Shown here: positions 16,354 through 24,865 of the stretch, piece after piece | Position numbering within the stretch: position 1 is the first letter of the stretch | Layout: each line of letters opens with the position of its first letter | NCBI GenBank assembly: GCA_019637805.1 | Contig: JAHBVB010000001.1 | Coordinates: 5,262-69,261 of the forward strand | Direction of reading: 5' to 3' | Source of the DNA: Anaerolineales bacterium | Lineage (GTDB): Bacteria > Chloroflexota > Anaerolineae > Anaerolineales > UBA11579 | DNA: 64,000 bases | Made by a program: the position numbers and the translations under genes | The notes under the pieces: generated by a model | Told to the model about the DNA's origin: nothing | Databases searched by the model: none | Seen by the model: only the letters and a program-made list of their open reading frames with translations

Positions 16354-18939
16354 TTATCGGCTCTTTCGCTCTCCAAACTGCTTCTTCCACTCCCACAGCT
16401 TGTTCAGGGCTTCCATGGGCGACATGCCTTCCACATCCAGGGCGCGCAGCTCATCGAGCAGCGGACTGTGGGCGGGGAACAGTTCCGGCTGGCTGGCTGG
16501 CGGCGAGCCCCCGGGCTTGGCCTGGCGGCCGCCAGCTTCCAGCTCAGCCAGGATCTGCCCGGCGCGCTGCAGCACCGGTTTGGGCAGCCCGGCCAGCTGG
16601 CCAACGTGGATGCCATAGGAACGGTCAGTGGCGCCCGGCACGATCTTGTGCAGGAAGACGACTTGCTCGCCCTCCTCGCTGACCGCCACATTGTAGTTGC
16701 GCACGCCGGGCAGCTCGGCGGCCAGCTGCACCAGTTCGTGGTAATGGGTGGCAAATAGGGTGCGGGCGCCGAGCTTAGGCGCGTTGTGGATGTGCTCGAT
16801 CACGGCCCAGGCGATAGACAAGCCGTCGTAAGTGCTGGTGCCGCGCCCGATCTCATCCAGGATCAGCAGGCTGCGCGGGCTGGCATGATGCAGGATATTG
16901 GCTGTCTCGACCATCTCGACCATGAAGGTCGACTGGCCGGCGTGGATCTCATCCTGCGCGCCGATGCGGGTGAAGATGCGGTCCACCAGCCCGATGCGGG
17001 CGCCAGCCGCGGGCACAAAGCCGCCCATCTGGGCCATCAGCACGATCAGGGCCACTTGGCGCAAATAAGTGGATTTGCCGCTCATGTTGGGCCCGGTGAT
17101 CAGGCGCACGCGCTCCCCATCCTCAAACAACGTATCGTTGGGCACGAAGCGCGCCTGGCCCGGCAGCAAACGCTCCACCACCGGGTGGCGGCCGTCACGG
17201 ATGTCCAACGTCGTATCTGCCAGCAGCTCCGGCCGCGCATAGCCATTCAGGGCGGCCACTTCGGCCAGGGCCGCCAGGCAGTCGGCGGCGGCCAGTGCCC
17301 GGGCCACCGCCAGCAGCGCCGGCACCTGGGCGGCCAGCTGGCTGCACAAGTCGCGGAACAAGCGCGTCTCCACCGCCAGGATACGCTCCTCGGCGTTGAG
17401 CACCTGGGCTTCCACTTCTTTCATCTCTGGCGTGATATAGCGCTCGGCGTTGACCAGGGTTTGCTTGCGAATGTACTCGGCCGGCAGGTTGCCGTCGTCC
17501 TTGGCCTTGGTGACTTCAATGTAATAGCCGTGCACTTTGTTGTAGCCGACCTTGAGGCTCTTGATGCCCGTGCGTTTCCGTTCAGCGGCCTCCAGGTTAG
17601 CGATCCAATCGCGCGCCTTCTGAGTGGAGGTCATCACTTCATCCAGCTCACTGGAATAGCCTGGTCGGATGACGCCCATGTGGCCCAGCACAGCGGGCGG
17701 CTCTTCGGCCAAGGCGGCGTCCAGCAGCTCCAGCGCCGGAGCGCAGGGCGCCAGCCCTTCCAGCAGGCCGGGGGCGGCCGCAGCCAGCGCCGCGCTGCGA
17801 GCAATCACCTGCGGCAGAGCTTGCAAGGTTTCACGGATGGCGGCCAGGTCGCGCGGCTGGGCGCTGCCGCCCAGCACGCGGTTGGCCAGGCGTTCCAGGT
17901 CGCCCAACGGGCGCAGGGCGGCGCGCAGTTCGGCGCGCGGCAGGCCCTCGGCGTACAAATGCGCCACGCCGGCTTGACGCAGGTGGATGGCCCCCAGGTC
18001 CAGCAGCGGCTTGCTGACCCACTGGCGCAGCAGGCGGCGGCCCATGGGCGTGATGCAGACATCCAACACATCCAGCAGCGAGCCGCGCGGCCCGCCGCGC
18101 AGGGCTTCGGTGAGTTCCAGGGTGCGGCGGGCTTCGCCGTCCAGGGTCATGAATTCGTCCAGGCTGTAGGCGTGCAAGCTGCTGAGCAGGTTCAGCGCGG
18201 CGGACTGAGTCTCGCCCAAATATTGCAGCAGCGCCCCGGCGGCCTGCAGGGCCAGCGGGCGCGTCTCCAGCCCGTAAGCCTTGAGGCTGGCGACCTTGAA
18301 ATGAGCCAGCAGGGTCTCCCGGCAGCGGCCGGGCTCAAAGTGCCAGGCCGCCCAGGGGCTGGCATGCAGGTCAATATCGGGCGGCGGGTCGCCTTCGGCG
18401 TGCAGCAACTCGGCCGGGGCCAGGCGCAGCAGTTCGGCGCGCAGGGCCGCCGGGCCATCCAGCTCGGTCACGCTGAACTCGCCCGTAGTCACATCGGCAA
18501 AGGCCAGCCCGGTGCGGCCTTCGGCCTGCACCAGGGCGGCCAGGTAGTTGTTGGCATCGCCGGGCAGCAGGCCCGGCTCCACCACCGTGCCGGGGGTGAC
18601 GATGCGCACGACTTCACGCGGCATCAGACCCTTCACCGGCTCCGTGCCCACCTGTTCGCAGATGGCCACGTGGTGGCCTTTCTCGATCAGGCGGGCCAGA
18701 TAATTTTCGGCGGCGTGGTGTGGGATGCCGGCCATCGGCACGCGGTGCCCCTTAGCCACGTTGCGCGAGGTGAGCACGATGTCCAGGTCACGCGCCACCA
18801 CTTCGGCGTCAGCATCGAAGGTTTCGTAGAAATCCCCCAGGCGGAAGAACAGGATCGCTCCCGGATACTGGCGCTTGATCTCCAGGTATTGCTGGCGCAC
18901 CGGGCTGATGCGCTCGTCCTGTCCGTTGGGGGAAAGCAT
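16354..18939 (-). CDS. mutS: DNA mismatch repair protein MutS
   Basis: 861 aa. N-terminal mismatch-binding PVRQQYLEIKRQYP..FFRLGDFYE, Walker A GPNMSGKSTYLRQ, STFMVEM, DEIGRGTSTYDG. Confidence 0.95.
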   Translation of the reverse strand: MLSPNGQDERISPVRQQYLEIKRQYPGAILFFRLGDFYETFDADAEVVARDLDIVLTSRNVAKGHRVPMAGIPHHAAENYLARLIEKGHHVAICEQVGTEPVKGLMPREVVRIVTPGTVVEPGLLPGDANNYLAALVQAEGRTGLAFADVTTGEFSVTELDGPAALRAELLRLAPAELLHAEGDPPPDIDLHASPWAAWHFEPGRCRETLLAHFKVASLKAYGLETRPLALQAAGALLQYLGETQSAALNLLSSLHAYSLDEFMTLDGEARRTLELTEALRGGPRGSLLDVLDVCITPMGRRLLRQWVSKPLLDLGAIHLRQAGVAHLYAEGLPRAELRAALRPLGDLERLANRVLGGSAQPRDLAAIRETLQALPQVIARSAALAAAAPGLLEGLAPCAPALELLDAALAEEPPAVLGHMGVIRPGYSSELDEVMTSTQKARDWIANLEAAERKRTGIKSLKVGYNKVHGYYIEVTKAKDDGNLPAEYIRKQTLVNAERYITPEMKEVEAQVLNAEERILAVETRLFRDLCSQLAAQVPALLAVARALAAADCLAALAEVAALNGYARPELLADTTLDIRDGRHPVVERLLPGQARFVPNDTLFEDGERVRLITGPNMSGKSTYLRQVALIVLMAQMGGFVPAAGARIGLVDRIFTRIGAQDEIHAGQSTFMVEMVETANILHHASPRSLLILDEIGRGTSTYDGLSIAWAVIEHIHNAPKLGARTLFATHYHELVQLAAELPGVRNYNVAVSEEGEQVVFLHKIVPGATDRSYGIHVGQLAGLPKPVLQRAGQILAELEAGGRQAKPGGSPPASQPELFPAHSPLLDELRALDVEGMSPMEALNKLWEWKKQFGERKSR

Positions 18940-18945
18940 GCGGAA

Positions 18946-18951
18946 ATTCTA
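18946..18951 (-). promoter_or_regulatory. -10-like TAGAAT (minus strand), 6 nt upstream of the mutS ATG (leaderless candidate)
   Basis: Plus-strand ATTCTA at 18946-18951 is TAGAAT on the minus strand. Spacer of 6 nt to ATG 18939. No SD. Confidence 0.35.
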
Positions 18952-18969
18952 ACAGCTAGGGTTACGGGT

Positions 18970-19842
18970 TCAGCGACGGGCGCCCGGCAGGCTCTGCGCC
19001 AGCCACCAATTGCGCAGCGTATTGACCAGTACGGCAGACCCGTCTTGCATGTAGGGAATCCTGAGCTTCCGGCCGCTATCCAATGTCAGCATCACTGAAT
19101 ATTCAACGCCTCTGTGGAGACGCGAACGAAAGCGCTCACGCTGCAAAGATATGGACTCGATTTCCTCCACAGAAACTGTCTTTGTAGAGCCTAGCACAGG
19201 CTGCAAATGCAAAGCGCCGCCAAGAATAGCGATACTGCGATACGCCCGCAACAAAGGAAGAATAAACTGAAAAAAGATAAAGATAAAAAAAACACTCAAG
19301 AGAAGCCCAGTGAAGGTGTCATCCAAAAATCCCCAGAGAACACCAGCCAATGCGATTGCGAACATCGTAAAAGAAATAGCCATCAGGTTTTTATCTATCG
19401 AAAAAATCTTCTCATGGTAATCATTCCAGAGTTGAGGCAAGTGTTCCCGAATGTATTCATTCACTATCGGAAAATCGGCCACTTCAGAATCGATCAACAC
19501 TTTGACGCGTTGGTTGTGATCGTGCAGAGTGTACGTAGCGCTGCTAACACCGATGGAGTTAAAACCTCCGACTGCATCCCAACGTAATACCTGTTGCTTT
19601 CTAAAGTAACCTACTTGAATTTCTTCAGGATGCAGCGTAACACTGTACGAGACCATCATGCTAGGCAAGATGATGGCGACGACAAAAAGAGGCAGCACCA
19701 AAAGCACAATCCAAGCCACTTCAGCTCGCAATAGAATCAGTGCCGCGGCGATGGATATGAGTACTGCAGGGATGACCGCCAAGCGCTGCCAAATACTATA
19801 CTGATATCGTTTCCCGGCGATCGTTTTGTTCTCGTCCTGCAT
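18970..19842 (-). CDS. Hypothetical membrane protein; by eye a duplicated [2 TM + small beta-rich (PH-like?) domain] architecture
   Basis: 290 aa with four hydrophobic segments in two pairs, each followed by a ~70-aa soluble stretch. The gene lies in a low-GC patch (19/60 G+C at 19261-19320). No motif recognised. Confidence 0.5.
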   Translation of the reverse strand: MQDENKTIAGKRYQYSIWQRLAVIPAVLISIAAALILLRAEVAWIVLLVLPLFVVAIILPSMMVSYSVTLHPEEIQVGYFRKQQVLRWDAVGGFNSIGVSSATYTLHDHNQRVKVLIDSEVADFPIVNEYIREHLPQLWNDYHEKIFSIDKNLMAISFTMFAIALAGVLWGFLDDTFTGLLLSVFFIFIFFQFILPLLRAYRSIAILGGALHLQPVLGSTKTVSVEEIESISLQRERFRSRLHRGVEYSVMLTLDSGRKLRIPYMQDGSAVLVNTLRNWWLAQSLPGARR

Positions 19843-19920
19843 GCCTGTTCTCTGGCCCTCCCATTCCAGGTCAAGTCTTCACTTGGAATTATATAGGCGA
19901 TTGAGGGATAAATCGTCGCA

Positions 19921-19949
19921 TTGTTCACAAACCCCATTCGTCTTATAAT
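19921..19949 (+). promoter_or_regulatory. Sigma70-type promoter TTGTTC-17-TATAAT for the ABC ATPase gene
   Basis: -35 TTGTTC (19921-19926), 17-nt spacer, -10 TATAAT (19944-19949). GGAGG (19974-19978) lies 9 nt upstream of ATG 19988. Confidence 0.5.
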
Positions 19950-19987
19950 TGCCCTACCATACATTCGAGAACTGGAGGTTCAGAACA

Positions 19988-21088
19988 ATGGCAAGCGTAA
20001 CATATGATCACGTGACCAAGAAGTACGGCGACGTACTGGCGGTCAACGACCTCAATATCCATATTGAGGACAAAGAGTTTTTGGTTTTGGTCGGCCCCTC
20101 GGGCTGCGGCAAAACCACGGCCCTGCGCCTTTTGGCCGGGCTGGAAGACATCACCGCAGGCGAGATCCGCATCGGTGACCGAGTGGTGAATGACCTGGCC
20201 CCCAAAGATCGCGATATCGCCATGGTCTTCCAATCCTACGCCCTCTATCCCCACATGAGCGTCTTCGACAATATGGCCTTTGGTCTGCGCCTCCGTAAAA
20301 TGGAAAAGGCGGAGATCAAGCGCCGGGTAGACAAGGCCGCCAGCATCCTGGGCATCGAAGCCCTGTTGCAGCGCAAACCGCGCCAGCTCTCCGGCGGCCA
20401 GCGCCAGCGTGTGGCCGTGGGCCGCGCCATCGTGCGCGAGCCCAACGTCTTCCTGCTGGACGAGCCGCTCTCCAACCTGGACGCCAAACTGCGCGTGCAA
20501 ACCCGCGCCGAACTGAGCAAGCTGCACAAGGACCTGGCGACGACCTTTATCTACGTGACCCACGACCAGGTGGAAGCCATGACCATGGCCACCCGCATCG
20601 CCGTGATGAGCCAGGGCGTGCTGCAGCAGATCGACACCCCGCACAATCTGTACGACTATCCGGCCAACAAGTTCGTGGCCGGCTTCATCGGCTCGCCCGC
20701 CATGAACTTCTTCGATGCCAAGCTGGTCAAGGGCAGCGGCAAGCTGGTGGTGGACGCGGGCGTCTTCCAGATTGACGTGCCCAAGAAATCCACCAAGGCC
20801 TACGAAGGCCATGTGGGCCAGTCTGTCACTCTGGGCATCCGCCCCGAAGACATTCACCACACCAAGTTCACCCCGGCCGGCATTACCCCGGCCAAGGTGG
20901 AGGGCAAGGTAGAAGTGGTCGAGCTGATGGGCAACGAGATCGTGACCTACATCAAGTCCGGCAACGCCAACTACGTGGCCCGGGTGGACCCGCGCGCCGA
21001 GTACAAGTACGGTGACAAAGTGCAGGTCATCTTCAACTCGGACAATATCCACCTGTTCGACAACAACACCGAAAAGGCCATTCGCTAA
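19988..21088 (+). CDS. ABC transporter ATP-binding protein, sugar-import type (MalK/UgpC/MsmX-like)
   Basis: Start moved to ATG 19988 (MASVTYDHVTKKYG) behind GGAGG. Walker A GPSGCGKTT, signature LSGGQRQRVAVGRA, Walker B FLLDEPLSNLD, C-terminal MalK-like regulatory/TOBE region. Confidence 0.9.
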   Translation: MASVTYDHVTKKYGDVLAVNDLNIHIEDKEFLVLVGPSGCGKTTALRLLAGLEDITAGEIRIGDRVVNDLAPKDRDIAMVFQSYALYPHMSVFDNMAFGLRLRKMEKAEIKRRVDKAASILGIEALLQRKPRQLSGGQRQRVAVGRAIVREPNVFLLDEPLSNLDAKLRVQTRAELSKLHKDLATTFIYVTHDQVEAMTMATRIAVMSQGVLQQIDTPHNLYDYPANKFVAGFIGSPAMNFFDAKLVKGSGKLVVDAGVFQIDVPKKSTKAYEGHVGQSVTLGIRPEDIHHTKFTPAGITPAKVEGKVEVVELMGNEIVTYIKSGNANYVARVDPRAEYKYGDKVQVIFNSDNIHLFDNNTEKAIR

Positions 21089-21114
21089 CCCGCAAGGCCT
21101 GCTCTAGGTACAAT

Positions 21115-21150
21115 AAGAGCAACGCCATATGGCGTTGCTCTTTTACTTTT
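21115..21150 (+). terminator. Rho-independent terminator after the ABC ATPase gene
   Basis: Stem AAGAGCAACGCC (21115-21126) / GGCGTTGCTCTT (21131-21142), loop ATAT, T-rich tail TTACTTTT. Confidence 0.75.
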
Positions 21151-21165
21151 AACCAAAGGATACAC

Positions 21166-22377
21166 ATGCCTGCCGAACACCTGATCCCCCTGTTACGCAA
21201 AGACGTGCCCAGCAAGATCGTCTTGCTGGTGATGGACGGCCTGGGAGACATCCCCACCGAGCCTGGCGGGCTGACGCCGCTGGAAGCCGCCCATACCCCG
21301 CACCTGGACCGCCTGGCGGCCGAGGGCGCGCTGGGGCGCACCATCCCGGTGCGCCCCGGGGTGACCCCGGGTTCCGGCCCGGCGCACCTGGCCATGTTCG
21401 GCTATGACCCGCTGACCTACCTGGTCGGCCGCGGCGTGATGGAAGCGCTGGGGATTGGCATGCAGGTCGGCGCCGGCGATGTGGCCGTGCGCGGCAACTT
21501 CTGCACGCTGGACGCGGCAGGCAACATCATCGACCGGCGCGCCGGGCGCATTTCCAGCGAAGAAGCCGCCCCGATCATCGAGTTGCTGCAGGGCGTGCAA
21601 GTCCCCGGCATGACCGCCGAAGTGCAGATGGTGAAGGAATACCGCTTTGCCCTGGTGCTGCGCGGCGTCGGTTTGCAGGGCGACATTGAGGACACCGACC
21701 CGCAGGTCACCGGCCAGCCACCGCTGCCCGCCGTCGCCCGCAGCCAGGGTTCGCAGAAGACCGCCGAGTTGGTCAACGCCTGGATCGCCGCCGCCCACCA
21801 GGCGCTGGCGGACCAGCCCAAGGCCAACGGCATTACCTTGCGCGGCTTCGGCGGGGACCCGCGCCTGCCGCAGTACACTGATGCCTACGGCCTGCGCGGC
21901 GCCTGCGTAGCGGTCTATCCGATGTACAAGGGCGTTTCCCAGCTGGTGGGCATGGACGTGATCAAGTTCTCTGGCGAAAGCCCGGCGGACGAATTTGCCG
22001 CCGCCCAAAACGTGTGGGGCGACTACGACTTCTTCTTCATCCACATCAAGAAAACCGACAGCATGGGCGAAGACGGCAACTACGACGGCAAGCTCAAAGT
22101 GATCGAGAGCGTGGATGCGGCGCTGCCGGCCTTGCTGGAACTCAAGCCGGACGTACTGCTGGTGACTGGCGACCACTCCACCCCGGTGCCGATGCGGGCA
22201 CACTCCTGGCATCCGGTGCCGCTGCTGCTCTGGTCAACGCAGAATGCGCTGCCGGACGCGCAGACCCAGTTCGGCGAACGCGCCTGCGGCCTGGGCGGTC
22301 TGGGCACCATCCCAGCCACCGATATCATGCCGCTGGCCCTGGCGCACGCCGGGCGGCTGGAGAAATTTGGAGCTTAG
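21166..22377 (+). CDS. apgM: Cofactor-independent phosphoglycerate mutase, archaeal-type (ApgM family)
   Basis: 403 aa. IVLLVMDGLGD near the N-terminus, LLVTGDHSTP..HSWHPVP near the C-terminus (alkaline-phosphatase-superfamily metal ligands). Confidence 0.8.
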   Translation: MPAEHLIPLLRKDVPSKIVLLVMDGLGDIPTEPGGLTPLEAAHTPHLDRLAAEGALGRTIPVRPGVTPGSGPAHLAMFGYDPLTYLVGRGVMEALGIGMQVGAGDVAVRGNFCTLDAAGNIIDRRAGRISSEEAAPIIELLQGVQVPGMTAEVQMVKEYRFALVLRGVGLQGDIEDTDPQVTGQPPLPAVARSQGSQKTAELVNAWIAAAHQALADQPKANGITLRGFGGDPRLPQYTDAYGLRGACVAVYPMYKGVSQLVGMDVIKFSGESPADEFAAAQNVWGDYDFFFIHIKKTDSMGEDGNYDGKLKVIESVDAALPALLELKPDVLLVTGDHSTPVPMRAHSWHPVPLLLWSTQNALPDAQTQFGERACGLGGLGTIPATDIMPLALAHAGRLEKFGA

Positions 22378-22381
22378 AAAT

Positions 22382-24079
22382 TTGGGGGGATCACTGAACT
22401 ATAAAGGACTCATCCTCGCGGCCCTGGCCTGGTTGCTGGTGGTTTTGCCCGCCTATTTCCTGAGCGCCTTCTTTGCCGCCCAGCCCCCGAACCCCATCCA
22501 ACTGGTTCTGCAAGCCTGGCTGGTTATCAGCGTACTCGGTTGGATTGTCACCCAAGGTCTACACCTGGCCCTCGAAAACTGGCGAACTCCCAATTTGAAG
22601 GAAGACTGGCCGACATGGTTGGCGCTGGCCTTGGTTGGGCGCTTCACCTGGCGCGTGATTGAAATTGGCCTGTCCTTTGAAGGATTGCTGCCCCTCAGCC
22701 GGCTGCTTTTGCCGGCAGAAAGCCTGCCCCTGTTTGGCTTGGCCAGCGCGATGGGCCTGGCCAGTTTGATCTTCCTCCAGGTCTATGGAAAGAAACAGTG
22801 GCCGGCCGTGTTTCTGCATGTACAAGGCTGGCTGAAAAGCCACTGGCAAGGGCTGTTGATGGCTGCCTTGTTCTTTGTTTTGTACTTTGTGTTGGCCAAT
22901 GTGATCAATCGCATGGACTTCAACCTAAACAATGTGTTCTTTGCGGCCGACAGCCACCAATGGCAATTGCGTGCCGCCCATCCGCATGGCTATACGATGG
23001 AGATGCGCGCCGTGCACCCGCTGGCCTTCTTTGTTCTGCGCCCAATCACGTTCCTCACGGCTTTCCTGCTTGCTACAGACACCTATCAAGCTATGAAGTT
23101 TCTGCTGGGCTTGCTGGGCGGCACGCAGATCTACTTGGCGTGGATCTTGATCACCCGCCTGACACAGCGTCCAACCTATGCGCTCCTGATCGCCGGTCTG
23201 TTTGGCATTTCTACCGCCAACCTGGTTTTTTCGCCCCTGATGGAAAGCTATATGGCTTCGGCTTTCCTGCTGGTGCTTTTCTATGTGCTGCTGCAACGCG
23301 GCGCGGCTGTTCATTGGCTGCTGCTCAACGCAGTGGCCGTCTTTGGGGTGACCATCTCAAACCTGGTGCAGGTCATGCTTGGTTTCTTTTTGGCGGACAT
23401 GCGCATTAAACGCGCGGTTCTGTTCGCGTTGGCTGTGCTGGTCATCAGCGCCGGCCTAAACCTGGCACACGCCGCCATGTACCCAGATTCAGCTCTGTAC
23501 TTTGTCCCCGAGAAAATTGGGGGAGAGACGGAACATCTCCAACTGGGCAGCACCCCAGAAGAGTTTGCAGCCCGCGCCAACATCGTCAGCCGGGATGTGT
23601 TCCTATTCAGTGCGGTGGCGCCGCAACCTTTCCTGCTGACGCAAGAGAAGGATGAACGCGGCGAGTTCCCCAAGTTCAATTTCATGCTTGGGCCAAACTC
23701 TGCTCGCCTGACCGGGCTGGGAAAGGTGGCTGCCCCGCTTTGGACGGCGTTATTGCTTAGTTCAGTGGCCGGATTTGTCCTCAGCCTGCGCCAGGAAAAG
23801 CTTTCGTTGAACAACCGCTATGCCTTGGCATTTTTGGGTTGTGTGATGTTCAATTACATCTTCCACATGGTCTACGGGTATGAACCCTTCTTGTACGCTG
23901 TAGATTGGAATTACGCCCTGTTCTTTTTTGTGGCGCTTGGATTACAGCGCTGGGCGCACCACTGGCCTGTGACCCTCGCCCTGGTGGGTCTGCTGGCCTT
24001 GCTGAGCCTCAACAATCTGGCTTTTATTCACTTCTTGTTCAGCAATATTGCGCCTTACATTCTCGGGCTGGTTGGTTAG
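22382..24079 (+). CDS. Polytopic integral membrane protein of unknown function (possibly glycosyltransferase-C-like)
   Basis: More than 10 hydrophobic segments. The track ORF starts at 22244 inside apgM. I take TTG 22382, which lies 10 nt after GGAG (22368-22371) and just after the apgM stop. No catalytic motif recognised. Confidence 0.5.
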   Translation: MGGSLNYKGLILAALAWLLVVLPAYFLSAFFAAQPPNPIQLVLQAWLVISVLGWIVTQGLHLALENWRTPNLKEDWPTWLALALVGRFTWRVIEIGLSFEGLLPLSRLLLPAESLPLFGLASAMGLASLIFLQVYGKKQWPAVFLHVQGWLKSHWQGLLMAALFFVLYFVLANVINRMDFNLNNVFFAADSHQWQLRAAHPHGYTMEMRAVHPLAFFVLRPITFLTAFLLATDTYQAMKFLLGLLGGTQIYLAWILITRLTQRPTYALLIAGLFGISTANLVFSPLMESYMASAFLLVLFYVLLQRGAAVHWLLLNAVAVFGVTISNLVQVMLGFFLADMRIKRAVLFALAVLVISAGLNLAHAAMYPDSALYFVPEKIGGETEHLQLGSTPEEFAARANIVSRDVFLFSAVAPQPFLLTQEKDERGEFPKFNFMLGPNSARLTGLGKVAAPLWTALLLSSVAGFVLSLRQEKLSLNNRYALAFLGCVMFNYIFHMVYGYEPFLYAVDWNYALFFFVALGLQRWAHHWPVTLALVGLLALLSLNNLAFIHFLFSNIAPYILGLVG

Positions 24080-24118
24080 CCGGGTCTGAGACCGGCCCCT
24101 CAGGGCAAGCCTCGCGTA

Positions 24119-24136
24119 GGGCGGTTGCAACCGCCC
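24119..24136. repeat. GC-rich palindrome GGGCGGTTGCAACCGCCC between convergent genes (REP-like hairpin / possible terminator)
   Basis: Perfect 18-nt palindrome (stem GGGCGGTT/AACCGCCC) in the 129-nt gap between two convergent genes. No T-tract. Confidence 0.4.
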
Positions 24137-24208
24137 CTCCTCTTCCAGCGTACACCGCCTGCTTATGGCAAGTTCGAGTTGTGAAGTAAGAGGTCGAAGT
24201 TCCCGCCT

Positions 24209-24865
24209 TTACCCTCTCGCCTTCAGCCTGGGCCATACCCAGCCCAGCAGCAAACCGCCCAGGGCGGTCAGCAGGCCGGCGGCGATGAAGACATCCTGCC
24301 AGAAGCGCATGGGGAACAGGCGAATCAGCGTATCGGTGTACTGGAACAGCCAGGTATCGCCCTCAAAAAAGATACGGTGAAAACCGACAAAGATGGCGTC
24401 GAAACTGAGCACCACCAGGATCAGGATGGCAGCGATCAGCAGCACAGTCAGCCGCCCGCCCTGCTGAATGGCGCTGCGCAGTTCCGCGCTCCAGCCGCCG
24501 CGCCGCGCCAGCAAAAAGAGCGCCACCGAAGCCAGCGTGATCCCAACCCACACATTGAGCACGGCCTGGGTCAGCTGTTTGACGTCGTGCATGTGGCGCA
24601 GCTCGCGCTGGTTGTACAGCGGGGCGCCATCGGGGAAGGTTTGATCACCCAGAAATTCGATGCCTTCTTCATTCACCAGGTAGTCCAGGGCAGAGAGCGC
24701 ATAGCGCTGGCGGTCGGCGGCGGGCATGCCGTAGCTGTCCGCCGGGAAACCGGGCAGGCTGTACTCCAACTCTACGAAGGCGGGGGTCAGCAGCAAGCGC
24801 AGCCCGGTGAGCAGCAAAAAGACCGGCACGATCAGTGAAACGAGACCCAAGAATAGCTTACGCAT
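24209..24865 (-). CDS. TIGR01906/DUF1461-family integral membrane protein (family of the lipoprotein intramolecular transacylase Lit)
   Basis: 218 aa. N-terminal TM, then LLLTPAFVELEY..., conserved ELRHMHDVKQL, and three C-terminal TM segments. The start overlaps the upstream stop (TAATG at 24867-24863). Confidence 0.6.
   Translation of the reverse strand: MRKLFLGLVSLIVPVFLLLTGLRLLLTPAFVELEYSLPGFPADSYGMPAADRQRYALSALDYLVNEEGIEFLGDQTFPDGAPLYNQRELRHMHDVKQLTQAVLNVWVGITLASVALFLLARRGGWSAELRSAIQQGGRLTVLLIAAILILVVLSFDAIFVGFHRIFFEGDTWLFQYTDTLIRLFPMRFWQDVFIAAGLLTALGGLLLGWVWPRLKARG

Noticed and set aside
16786-19098. 770-aa plus-strand ORF overlapping mutS
   Set aside because: It is antisense to an ORF with unmistakable MutS motifs (GPNMSGKST, STFMVEM). 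Its own translation is Q/A/G/R/H-rich with no recognisable domain.
22244-22381. N-terminal extension of the 611-aa membrane-protein ORF
   Set aside because: It overlaps the 3' end of apgM in another frame and translates to R/P/A/W-rich sequence. A TTG behind GGAG just after the apgM stop is the more plausible start.
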